DNA of 63,265 bases, counting the filler, from Reclinomonas americana ATCC 50394 (taxonomy: Eukaryota): assembly GCA_048213135.1 (NCBI GenBank). It is 5 parts of 4 records of this genome, joined end to end, with 100 filler letters (N's around TTAATTAATTAA, not from the genome) between each part and the next. Parts side by side here need not be neighbours in the genome. Positions count along the whole stretch, not along the records: positions 22,107 to 45,796 come from PS015071.1; positions 45,897 to 56,506 come from PS015072.1; 3 more parts are not named here. One strand, 5' to 3'. Each line of letters starts with the position of its first letter. Position 1 is the first letter of the stretch. Under the pieces are notes generated by a model. The model had not been told where the DNA came from and made no database searches. It worked only from the letters and a program-made list of their open reading frames with translations. The position numbers and the translations under genes were made by a program. Shown piece by piece: positions 38,524 through 49,749 of this stretch.

Positions 38524-40248
38524 AAAAGAACAACATACGAGCACACGTCTATGCTCGCACTTCAACACAAAGTGACCCACCATGACCGCGTGCCAGATCT
38601 GCAATCGCCTTTCCACCAGCAAAGTGTGGGTCTTGTTGATACACAACAATGTGGTGTCGCGTCTGTGCACGCTCGTGAGCACCGAGTGCATATCAGAATC
38701 CTTCCACCTGCACATACCAGCGCCAGTCGACCTCCCGGCGGCATCAACATCGACTGAAAGTAGCTGCGCAACAAGCGCGTGTCACGATCCAGCGGTTCCG
38801 GCAGCGAGTCGAGGATGGGTTTGAGCAGAAAACGATCGGCACTGCTCCAGCCGAAAATGTGAGGACACATCAAACAACGGAATACAACCAAGCTGTGACA
38901 AACCGTTCCGCCTGCAACAAGTGGTGCTCGAACCACGCCTGCTTGTTCAGACGAGCGTAGAACGGCAGCGGATCCTCGTAAATGCCTTCTGATTCAAGCT
39001 GCAAGGCGCCTTCGTGTAAGCGCTCGACAGAGAGAAATCGACATGGAGTTGATGTAACAACGAAACATGCGAGCGATCCTCCATGCCCGGAAACGGACGG
39101 CGCTCCCACGCAGTGGCCATGTCTTCCAGTGCCTGCACCAGCTCGCGTACTTTCTCGTCCATCATGGCATTGCCTTTCGTGCGCAATACTTGCGCTCGTC
39201 GTCGCCAATGCTCAGACACGGAGACGAGTGCGCCGTTGGAGCCCTCGGCCGGTGGACGCTCCCCTGTAAAGTAGTACAAGCGGGCGTCCTGTGCGGGCAA
39301 TGGCGCGGAGTGAGTGCGTGGAGTCAGCAGGCGACGGCGGAGTTCACGCAACGACCGCTGCTTGGCGATCCCAGTCAATGCACTTGGCGTTGGCGACGAG
39401 AGCCACCGCCATGCGATCGCGCTCCCAGTCTTGGTGAGCGAGTTCGCGCTCGAACTCTGTGTCGAGGAGGGTGGCCTGGGGAAGGATGGAGGGGAGGGGA
39501 AGGAGGGAAGGGAGGGGAAGGAGGGAAGGGAGGGGAAGGAGTGAGATAGAGATCTAGACAGCAGCGGGAAAGAAAAGTCATGTTTCCGCACAATGGATTT
39601 GAGAGCAACAAAGTAAGGGAGGACAGAGAGCACTCAATGTGACTGAGGAAGGCGAATGCCGCGAGTGATTAAATGATCAACTCAAATGACATTGGCAACG
39701 ACGCGGAGAGCAAGGAAAGAGAGCACTGAATGTGACAGAGAAGGCGAACAACGCGAGTGTGTGCAAGGGAGCATGGGCGTCATCTCAGTTGGTAACGACT
39801 AGGATAGAAAGCGAAGAGTGCACTGAATGTGACGGAGGAAGGGCGAACGCTGCAAGTGATTAAATACGAGAATGGGCATCAACTCAGTTGGCAACCACTC
39901 GAAGCGTCAGGGGAAGAGAAAATTGAACGTGACAATGTGCACGCATGTGTAACAACATGCCATGCAGGTGACAAAGATTGTCGCATCGTCTCACCTCCTG
40001 ACCAAGCTCCGGATCTGCTTCCACGCCCTCCTGGTCGGTCCCCACCTCATCTTCACCCGGCTCATCCTCCGGCTCCTCAAATTCGGGCTCGTCGTCCTCG
40101 CCGTCACCGTCCTCATCGTCATCGCCATCGCCTCGGTTGTTTGAGTCCTCCAGTCGTGATTGCTGTGTATTACATGAGAGAAGGACGACATGGAGTGATG
40201 CGTCCGAATTCGAAACGAAACTTGGAGGGTGGTCGACAGTGGCAGCAT
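28920..40248 (-). CDS. CC2D2A: Ciliary transition-zone protein CC2D2A/MKS6 (coiled coil, C2, CEP76-like transglutaminase-like domain), many exons, two gaps
   Basis: LDPNDPANAAL; FFLPRRPLKP; LIVQINRGYHLPIR; GPDPIFNESL; INLFDE; LLVRFVSLIPF...[47 protein letters not shown]; C-terminal AVRLFPY...SVWIYYAVL. The start position is tentative. Confidence 0.88.
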
Positions 40249-40559
40249 TCCACGACCACGACCGACGACGCGAGAGGCGAATATCTGCACGGGATGTGCG
40301 GGTGAGGGTCGAGTCACGTCAGGCGTTGCGAAGAGGAGGATCACACATGATGAACACAGCGACGAACGGTGAAAACCAAGCGATAAAAAACGCAAGAAAT
40401 GAGACTGTCGTCGTTCTCAATCCTCGACACACATTCGATGTTCAAAGAACGAGGAATGGCTGCGGTCTCTTCTCCCACGCAAAATGACGAACAGTGATGA
40501 CCAAGGCGATAGAGGCAATCCTCGGGTCACAACAGGCGATGGCAGCGGTCTCTTCTCGA

Positions 40560-40857
40560 CTAATCAGCACGATGACGACGAACAGCGAGCGATGTGCAAG
40601 CGACAGAGTGACAGACAAAGCAAAGTGGACACATGTTCGCACGGATGCGGTCCCTTCTCACAAAGCACAGCGAAATCAGCACAATGGCGACGGACAGCCA
40701 TGTACAAGCGATAGACGAGGCAAAGCAATGAGTCCGTTCTCGCTCTCCATCCTCGAGACACAAGGTGTTGCAATGGCTGCGTTCTCTTCTCATGCAACGA
40801 TCGTGTCCTTGACACACGCGCATTGCGTCAACAAGCACACAGCGCAATGCCTCTCAG

Positions 40858-40896
<39 letters not shown>

Positions 40897-41790
40897 TGAT
40901 CGCGCAACTGGCTCCCCCGTCGACAACTGCGGCGACAAGACCGATCGCGGCGACGGCGAAGGCGACACATGCTGCGACGGTTGCTGCGGAGAAGGCGCAA
41001 AGAGTGCCGCACTGCCTCGTCCAAGCCCTCGACCAGAGGCCGCTGAGCGCGAAACAACACACAGTAAGAGAGAGAGAGAATAGAGAGAGAGAGATTAAGA
41101 GTGTGTGATCAGTGCGATCGCAACTGCCTGCAAAGAGCGCCATCTGTGATCGCGCAAGTCGATCGACACTGCTTTCACTCTCACTGGGAGAGAGTCGCTC
41201 TGCAGCGCTGGCATCGAGTGCCTGATCGATCAGTGTGTGAGTGAGTGAGTGGCGGGAAAACGGACATTGTATCGTTTTTTCGTGTGAGTGTGTGAGTGAA
41301 TGTGTGTGCGCGTTTGACTGACCGAGAGTGGAGGCAGTCCACGGCCACGGCCAAGCATGTGTGAGCTGTGTGCTGCGAGAGACACAGAGAGAGCGCTTGA
41401 GATGACAAACTGCCGATGCGCGAGCACATCCGAACACCATGACATCGCGAGGCTGGAGCGTACCTCGTTGAACAGAGGAGCGTGAGACAGAGGGTCTGTT
41501 GATGAGCTTTGCTGTTGGCGTTGTCGGCGATTTTTGTCGTGATCGTGGTGGAGAAATCAACGTCGAACGTCGACGTTGACATTCCATGCCCAGCTGGCGA
41601 GCTCGAATGCTAACGACTTTGCTTCACGAGGAGCATGCAAGCGACAACAGCGTACCTTGCTCATAGATGGCAATGAACGCTGCTTGCTCAGCGCTTTGAT
41701 CGGCTTCGACGTCGACTTCTCCGCGACGTTGACCGCCAGCTTGCATCTGCAGCCCGACCAGCTCACCGCAGTACACAGGATCCTTCATCC
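40560..41790 (-). CDS. Possible small multi-exon membrane protein (unresolved model)
   Basis: One exon-like block ~41045-40909 is bounded by CTCAG and GTTGCGC and encodes a hydrophobic stretch TVAACVAFAVAAIGLVAAVV. The other exons were not resolved. Confidence 0.25.
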
Positions 41791-42043
41791 AGTCATTCTA
41801 CACATGCACAGTTCCACTGCATCCCCTCGCGCACGCAGGCCGGACAACTCAAAGTTCTCTATCTTTTCTCCGTGACTCTTTCTCTCTCTCTGTGAACACA
41901 CATCCTCCACCTCCACCACTGCTTATTGCAGATCGACGTCGCTGTCTACTACGCTGCCCGGTCCTTCTTCTTCTCCATCTCCGATGAGCAGGACAATCGG
42001 GGGTCATTGTGCCATCAAACACACCGACAGTCAAACGAAACCA

Positions 42044-45000
42044 ATGCGCGCGCTTCTCGTTTGCTTTGCACTTCTCAGTGCGTGCATTGTGCTCGCCAAT
42101 GCACACATTTGTGTGATTGAGCCGCATCAACGCGGGTGCGTGCAGACAGAGAGCAGTCTCTCTCTGTTGGTTACCAAGACTCACTCTTGTGTCTCTCTCT
42201 CGTGACTCAGAAAGCTGAACTTGGGTGATGGTGAGTGTGATTGTGAAAGCGTCTCTCTCTTTGTGTGTGTGTATCAGTGAACTGATGCACGTGTGTGTGC
42301 AGGAGGCGATCGTTGCGTTCATGGGCGCTTTTCGGAGAAATGCAAGAATGGAAGAGAGAGAAAGAGAGAGAGAGAGAGAACAGAAGCAGGAGCTGTTGTT
42401 GCATTATGCTACTCTTTCCGTCTCCTCTCTCACCCTCCCAACCACAGCATCGTGCTTCCGCCACGGAGCGCCCTGCGGCGGTCAGCCGAGCGGCCCGGTT
42501 GTTCGCTCGCTGCGCTCTGGCTCGCGCTACACTGTGACCTGGCAGCAGAGTTGCGTGCACTCCCTTGCCTCCTCTCCTCCCTCTCTACCCTTATGACCCG
42601 CTTGCAGACTACAACCACTTCACCGTCGGCGACGCCGGTTTCATGGATGTTTCGTGGGCCGCTGGTCCCAACCCCGCCGACGCCGATTTCAGTCTCCTCG
42701 GAGCTGTGCCGTTGCGTTGGGAACGAAACGTGGGGAGGTCGCCAACCGTGCCTCACATCTCTCGCCACAGGGACAACAACTCGCACTGGCAGGGCTCGCA
42801 GACGAACTACACGCTGACAGTGACGCTGCCGAACTCGAACTGCCCGCAATGCGTGCTGCGCTTCCGCTACGTGCCGCACAGTTCCGTCAGCACCTCGCAC
42901 AGCCTCCCTGTCAAGTCGTGCTCACATTGGCGCAGAGCCCGGAGAGGACATCTTCTACCAGTGTGCCGATGTGTCCATTACGCCGAACGGCGAGGAGCAG
43001 CCGCTGAAGGACCGCTCCCCCGCAGAGTTGGTGCCGGTGGCGCCCGGTGCGCAACCGTTTGTGCCCAAGGACGGTGTGAAGCGCGAGAATGTCAACCTCT
43101 ACGGCATTGCGTACAGCCCGTTTGACGATTTCAGCGAGTTTGTCAAGATCGACCCCACGACGGGCCAGATGATTACGGTGTCAACGCTGCCGTTTGTCGT
43201 CCGTGATGGTGCGCGGTGGCCGAGGGGGGAGGAGATGGTGGTGGTGGACCGTCGCACTCACTCATTGGTGTGCAAAAAAACAGGTGTGGGAGTGGGCTCG
43301 CCGCTCTCCGATCTGAATGCCCTCGCCCGTCTCGATGCCTCGGCGTTTATTGCGGATCAGACGGGTACCGTTGACAATGGTCGCGGCATCGTGTTTTACC
43401 TGGCGTCGCTGAACAACACGCTGGGTGAGTGGCAAAGAAGGGGCAAGGAGGGAGGGCGAAGAGGGAGAAGGGGGAAAGGAGGCAAAGAGAGAAGGGGATA
43501 GGAGTGAGGGAGAGGTGGAAGGGGAGGGACAGAGTTAGTGAGCGAATGCGTGAGTGTCAGTTGTTGACTTTCGAAGCTCGAAGAGTGAGCGCATCGAAAT
43601 ACTTCTTGCTGCTGTCAAGGCTGTCACTGTGCACTAGTCAGAAGACATCAGCTGTTTTTATGATCCTGTTTATTGGGGGGAATTCGTAGTCGTCGTCATT
43701 GTTGTTGTTGTCGCTTTAATTAGAGACAACTGCAAATAATAGTGAGGGAGTGCAGCGACAAGAGAGTATGCGAACGTGAGTGAGTTTGAGTTGTGCGGGA
43801 ATGAATGTGACTTATACAGCTGAACAGGCAACTCGCCCAACCTCTTGCTGTCGGTGACGCACATGGATGGCAAATTTTCGGTGCTGCGCCTGCCCGACAG
43901 CATTCTGCCCATCAACGCCATCAACTATAACCCGCGCGGTAACAAGATTGTGGGACTGAGGTGAGAGAGAGGGGAGAGATGGGGGAATGAGAGGGCAAGA
44001 GGACACTTCGTTCTAGGTGCATTACTCTTACTGTTAATTCACGAACGATACAGCAGTGTGCCATCTTCTGCGTTCTCCCTTTTCGTCACTGTGTCACGAG
44101 TGTCTCTTTCATGTTGATTTCTCTGCGCCGTATCTGGAGTACCGGTCTTCCGATACCCATTCCTCCAAATGCAGCACTCGTCCGGTTGCTGGCAAGCCTG
44201 GTTTCTTCCAGAGCTTCGTCTACAGCATCGATGTTGCCACCGGTGCCGCCTCCCAGATTGCCACGTTCGGCCCCGACGACACCTACATCAACTTCCAGTG
44301 GTCGCTGATTGATGAGCCGCGCGGCATTTACTACCTGCTGATGGGCAACGAGAACGACGCGCCCGGACTGACGGCCAAGTTGCGGGCGAACAGCACATCA
44401 TATTCTCTCTTTTCCTGACTCATTTCTTGCCTTCACGAGCAGGCTGTTCACCATTGATCTGCTCACCAACACCATGGTTCGCGTGGTCGACGTCGATGTC
44501 TCCAAGTTCACCATCGCCTCGATGGAGGTCGACACGCGTGGCGCGCTCTTCACGTACTCGCCAGGGCTCACCACTGACGCGACCGTCGTGTGGACATTTG
44601 TCAAGCTGGACCCGACGACTGGTGCGTGTATATATATGTTTTTTCCCTTTCAACCTCTTCATTGACACTGACAGTGATGTCATTATTGCAGGCGCCATCA
44701 CGCCCCTTTACCAGGTCGGCAACGCCAACTCGTTCGAGCGCTACTACGGCGGCAGCGTGTACGGCTGGGATGCGGCGAACCATGTCTTCTTGTATGCGAT
44801 GCGCAGTGGCAGCGACAATTCCAGCACTGTTGCGTCTGTGAGGGAAGGGAGGGGGAGAGTGGGAGAGGGATAGAGAGGGAAACAGTGGAGAGGGATAGAG
44901 AGAGGGAAACAGTGGAGAGAAGAAAGATAGTGTGAATGATTGTGGGTGAGTGCATGCACATGTGCGTATGGTGGATATGTGTGTCTTCGTGCGCACTCAT

Positions 45001-45123
45001 GCCTTCGCCTCTCCCTTCTTCCAGATTGCCTTCTCGGATCCGGAGGCCTCGGGCCCGACCTTCTCGCCGCGCATTCAGCTGCGCCACGTGCACAATCTGG
45101 CCATTATCAGCCTTCGCCAGTGA
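42044..45123 (+). CDS. Secreted N-terminal-His (LPMO-like, putative copper) domain protein with a C-terminal beta-propeller-like region
   Basis: 20-aa signal peptide ending ANA|H, then HICVIEPHQRG-KLNLGD-GGDP-SCFRHGAPCGG...TVTWQQNYNHF...CPQCVLRFRYVPHKPGEDIFYQCADV. Downstream repeats FVKIDPTTG, VYSIDVATG, FTIDLLT, FVKLDPTTG. TGA at 45121-45123. Confidence 0.75.
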
Positions 45124-46233
45124 GAACACGCGAAAACGACAACAACAAGAAGAAATACACGGCTTTTCGCGACTTGTCGGCACTCGCAAAACATTCGTTG
45201 TGCCGCGTCACGTACGTTAACGATTGCGTATATTCACAGGTCGTCTTGGCGTCGGTCGACCACCACCAGGTGCTGTACGAAGTCGTCCACGTGCCACTGA
45301 TGACGGCTGATGCTCCATGACGAAGAAGATTGCAACTGGAGAACTCACACGCTGCCTGGCTCTGCTGGTCTCTCTATGACTCACGGTACCAACGCCACTT
45401 GTTCTTTCTGCATTCCTGAAATACATGCGTTGTTCCAGCATCACATTTCGATCACGACTCTTTCTTCTGTTTCCGCGATGTCTCAGTTTCTGATGCTGCT
45501 CACTCAAGATGGCAATCGTCATGCAGCTGATGATGCTGTTTGGGCCAGCAATTTTGTAACTTGCAAGTGTAGACCCCCGACGCGGGAAGCCAGCTGATCA
45601 GCCGGACCGTGGATTCAAGATTCGTCCGCATCTTTGACAAGCAGCGCATATCGCTGCGCCTGCAAACCACACGGTACGCATCCAAACACAGACACGCACA
45701 CACACGCACACACAGACGCATCCACTCACGCGTCCTTCGTGTGCGCCATGGCTGACATGTCTCCTCGCCTTCTCCTCCCTCTCTCACTCACTCACANNNN
45801 NNNNNNNNNNNNNNNNNNNNNNNNNNNNNNNNNNNNNNNNTTAATTAATTAANNNNNNNNNNNNNNNNNNNNNNNNNNNNNNNNNNNNNNNNNNNNTGTG
45901 TGTGAGAGAGTGAGTGTGAGAGCAGTGACATAACACACACACACGCGCGCGCAGTACGCAACGAAGACGTTCAATGGCCATCCGCTTAAGCGGGTCCGGC
46001 ATAATGGCCGGAGGGAAGAGCATTCTCCAACGAGAGACGACAAATGAAGTGAGAGAGGACGCAGGTCGAACGTCGGGAAGAGCTCTTCTTTTTCATTGTG
46101 GATACAGGCAGCGACCGCGCTGTTGCATCCCTGCCTCCATTCTCCCCTCACTATCCTGAAAAATAATAGCACGCTGTCGAAGTTTATTTCATATCGATAT
46201 CTTTGGCAGCCCGCGTACTGCCTGCCACTCCCC

Positions 46234-47784
46234 TCACTGACCTCGCGAGTGACGCAGCTCCAGCAGACGGCACTCCTCGAACACAAAGCAGCGGAGGACC
46301 AACGACGGCAGCGGCTCGCCGTCGCGCTCCGAGTCCGCTCCCTCCACGCGCAAGCCGTCGACAGCACGGGCCACCGACTCAAGCTCGCGCTCGGCAAACC
46401 ACAGTGGGATGTGCGGGGCGAGTGCACGCTCGTCGAGCAGCTTGACACCTGAGGCAAAACCGATGCTGCTGACGCCAATGCGGCCGCACGCGGGCGACAG
46501 GTCGATGCCGGTCATGCGTTTCGCACCGGGAACGACAATGGGCTCGGCCTGCGGATCGCGCATGTTGGCAAATGCGATGCCTTCGTCTGCCCACGCGCGC
46601 ACGGCAAAGTCAGCACAACTGACAGACAAGACACAGACTCGTGGGATCTCACCTGCGGCGTACACCAGATGCGTGCCACTTGGCGAAAAGGCGGCGTTGC
46701 TGCGAGTTGGGATGTGCTGGCGAACCGCGCCTGTGCTCACATCGACCAGCTGGACCTCGTCCGCGTACATACCGCCAATGGCGAGTATGGCGTCGTCCGG
46801 CGACACGTCCAGGTGTCGACCTATGCGTTCCGACATTGACAGCTCCTGCAGCTGCTCGCCGGTGACCAAGTTGTAGATGAGCACCGCATTCGGCGCCGAC
46901 TTCTTACGCCCGCCCACTCGCAGCGCCATCAACCGCTGCTGGTCGTGGGCCAGCTGCAAATCCACGATACTCGCACCATTCGGCAACGTGTGAATCAGTT
47001 GTCCTCGATTGCGCATGTGCGCCGCGTCGCCCACCACGGTGGCTCGCCACACTTGCAGCGTGTTGGGATTCGCAAAGGGCCCCGACGACGTCACCACCAG
47101 GCACTCGTCGCCCTCGCGGCGGAACTGCATGCAGCGAATCGAGGTGAACTCGCGATAGTCATTTTCGTCGTCCTCCTCCTCCTCCTCTTCTTCCTCCTCC
47201 TCTTCTTCCTCGTCGCCGTCCGGCACCGGCACATTGTTGGCCTCCGGATCCTCATCCGCCGGCGTCATGACCAGCGCAGCCACGCGCGACGCCGTGTCAA
47301 ACACCTGCCAGTCGGTCTCCACCGTCATGCTATCCAGCATCGCCGTCGTCCACACCAGCACGCGGCCACGATCCGTGCTGCACGCCATCAATGAGCCACA
47401 CTCCGAGAACGAGACGCTCGTAATGTCGCGCTTGGCCATGGCCACACAGCCGCGGAATGCATCGCCGTCCACGGCCAAGGCATCGAACAGGAAGAGCAGA
47501 CTCACGTACGGCTCCGACTCGTCCTCATTCAAGTCGCGCTTGTCCATCTTCGGGTCGATGCCATCGCGATCGGCATAGTGCAGGCGACGCACTATGCGAT
47601 GGTCGTGCTCGAGGGCGCCAACAATGCCACGGCCGCCCACCCAAATGTCGGTCTTGCAAATGGGATTGATGGTGACGAGGTGGCGACCGTTCGGCGACAC
47701 AACAGGCGAGTACGAGTGGATGTCGATGCTGCCGGCGATCAGACGCCGAGGAGGCGCGTAGGATCGAGTGAGAGGAACAGCCAT
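46234..47784 (-). CDS. WD40/beta-propeller protein with an acidic insert
   Basis: 516-aa ORF (possibly one in-frame intron ~46651-46588). Contains VSPNGRHL, ITSVSFSECGSLMACSTDRGRVLVW, VLIYNLVTGEQL, LDVSPDDAILAIGG, AAFSPSGTHL and a poly-E tract. Confidence 0.75.
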   Translation of the reverse strand: MAVPLTRSYAPPRRLIAGSIDIHSYSPVVSPNGRHLVTINPICKTDIWVGGRGIVGALEHDHRIVRRLHYADRDGIDPKMDKRDLNEDESEPYVSLLFLFDALAVDGDAFRGCVAMAKRDITSVSFSECGSLMACSTDRGRVLVWTTAMLDSMTVETDWQVFDTASRVAALVMTPADEDPEANNVPVPDGDEEEEEEEEEEEEEDDENDYREFTSIRCMQFRREGDECLVVTSSGPFANPNTLQVWRATVVGDAAHMRNRGQLIHTLPNGASIVDLQLAHDQQRLMALRVGGRKKSAPNAVLIYNLVTGEQLQELSMSERIGRHLDVSPDDAILAIGGMYADEVQLVDVSTGAVRQHIPTRSNAAFSPSGTHLVYAAGEIPRVCVLSVSCADFAVRAWADEGIAFANMRDPQAEPIVVPGAKRMTGIDLSPACGRIGVSSIGFASGVKLLDERALAPHIPLWFAERELESVARAVDGLRVEGADSERDGEPLPSLVLRCFVFEECRLLELRHSRGQ

Positions 47785-47860
47785 GGCGCACAGGAAAGAG
47801 ACTGCAAGTCACCGATGTCCCGCGCGGTCGTGTTCGTTCGTTCGCCTGTCACTTGTCACA

Positions 47861-48920
47861 ATGGAGGCCACGTCTGCGTTTCCTCCACCTCCACCCTTCT
47901 GGATGCAGTTCCGATCACAGGGGCCGCCTGTGCAAGTGACTGACAGGCGCGTGTGTCTTTGTGAGCGAGGGTCTGAGTGGCGTGTTTAACTTGAGTGTGT
48001 GGCGTGACAGTGATGGCGAGGGTCGTGTGAGGCGACGATATGCGGGTCTGTTGCCGCCAGTGCCGCCGAGTGCTGATGATCAGTACCGCTTGCTGGGTCG
48101 CACATACGCAGTGGTGAGTGTGCATGAGAGAGCGCATTCATCTCCATCAGTCTCTCATGTGTGTGCAGGCGGAGACTGTGGAGGAGGACCTGCGTGCGTC
48201 GGGCGTGGAGGTGCTGTTTGACGAGTCGCCCGAGGCCAGTCGCGTGGATGAGCTGCACAAGCTGAATCGGCGACTGGTGGCCACGTTTCTCGAGCTGTTG
48301 GACGCACTGGTGGATCCACCAGAGGTGGTGGCGGGAGGTGGCGCTGGTGCAGATGGTGCGTCGCCGAGTGAGGCCACACCCGTGACTCCAGCAGCAGCTG
48401 CAGCAGTGGAACCGCCGCTGTGGCACACCAAGGGCACGCACATTGAGACCATTCTCCTCAACATGCACTACCTGATCAACACGTTCCGGCCGCAGCAGGC
48501 GCTGGCGCACTTGCGCAATCTCATGATTCAGCAGACGGCGCGGAAACAGGAGGCGGCACGTGCTGTGCAGCTGTTGCGTGCGTGTTGCGCCACAGCTGTC
48601 ACGTAATGATGTCACTCATCATTGGTGGAGCGCAGTGCACGACACGAGTGCGCGGCCGAGATCCATGCAGCGTGCATGGAGTTGCAGGCCTACTTGGACA
48701 GAACAGTGGCCGTGAAACCGCTGGTCATGGGAGAAGACGGCGACAGCACAATGGCGATTGCTGCCACGCAGGTGCGATCGGCGAGAAATCATCATTCGTC
48801 ACAGCTACGCTTTCGCATTCTCACACGCTGCTGGATCCACAGTCATCGAGCCCTGCGCTCAGCATCTCCAAGAGCGAACTAGACAATCTCCAACGACTGG
48901 CCACCGCCGACGACACATGA
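47861..48920 (+). CDS. MED7: Mediator subunit 7
   Basis: MEATSAFPPPPPFW; PPVPP..YRLLG; ELHKLNRRLVATFLELLDALV; IETILLNMHYLINTFRPQQALAHLRNLM. TGA at 48918-48920. Confidence 0.9.
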
Positions 48921-49023
48921 ATAGAGGAGAGGAGCTGCAAAAAATAAAAGAAGCACCCACTCGCTTGTTGTTCTTCACTTGGGCGTGCGTGACTGCGTGC
49001 GTCTGCACCCATCCAACAGCGAC

Positions 49024-49698
49024 CTACTGGCCCTCGTAGAAGCTCTTGAGGAAGGGCGACATGGTCTGCTGCTCCCCGTGGAGATGCTGTGGAATGCGTG
49101 GCCCTTGTTCTGTCGACTCGAAGTACGCTCGCACGTGCGCTGTGTGTGCATCAAGTGGGGGAGTGAGCGACAACGACACGCGCAACTCACTGCGCAACAC
49201 AACGACGCAACTGGCCGACTTCCACTGCATCAACAACTCATCAATATCCTGCTTGCCCTTGAACACCAGCAAGTCGACGACATCAGGATCCTGATCGACC
49301 AAACAGTCAGAGAAGATGCATGTGGCACATTGTGCGGAGAGTGGTTGCTGACCTTGACATCGGCGTGCTTTGCAAAGTGCGACTTGATCACCGACTTGAC
49401 GCGCTCGTCGGGGTAGTCGAGTGAGTAGTACGACTTGATCAGAGGAACCGCGCGAATGTAGTCGCGGTACAGTGAGCGCGCGTGTCGCGATGCAGCGGCC
49501 AGTGAGCCTGAGGTGTGCGTGGCAAGAGGTGCAGACTGCGTTGTGTGTGTGAGTGAGTGAGTGAGTGAGTGAGAAGAAAGGAAACGACAGTCATGGCCAT
49601 CTCCGCCCCACTGCCGACGTGGAGCTGCCCGCTCGCTCGCACAACGATAGACACGCACGCATACACTACGCACACAGTCGTGCGTCAACACTTACCAT
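49024..49698 (-). CDS. NDUFA6: Complex I accessory LYR subunit NDUFA6 (B14)
   Basis: ATG-only first coding exon, then ARSLYRDYIRAVPLIKSYYSL...F.KHADVK|DPDVVDLLVFKG...QWKSA|THVRAYF...SPFLKSFYEGQ-TAG. Confidence 0.92.
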
Positions 49699-49749
49699 TG
49701 CGCGTCGGTGTGATCGACTTGTGCGGGACACTTCTTGTGGGACTTTTTT

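Noticed and set aside
45234-45790. Possible 3' exons of a minus-strand gene (...HQWHVDDFVQHLVVVDRRQDDL*)
   Set aside because: No consistent exon chain or recognisable motif, and the 5' part is lost at a linker.
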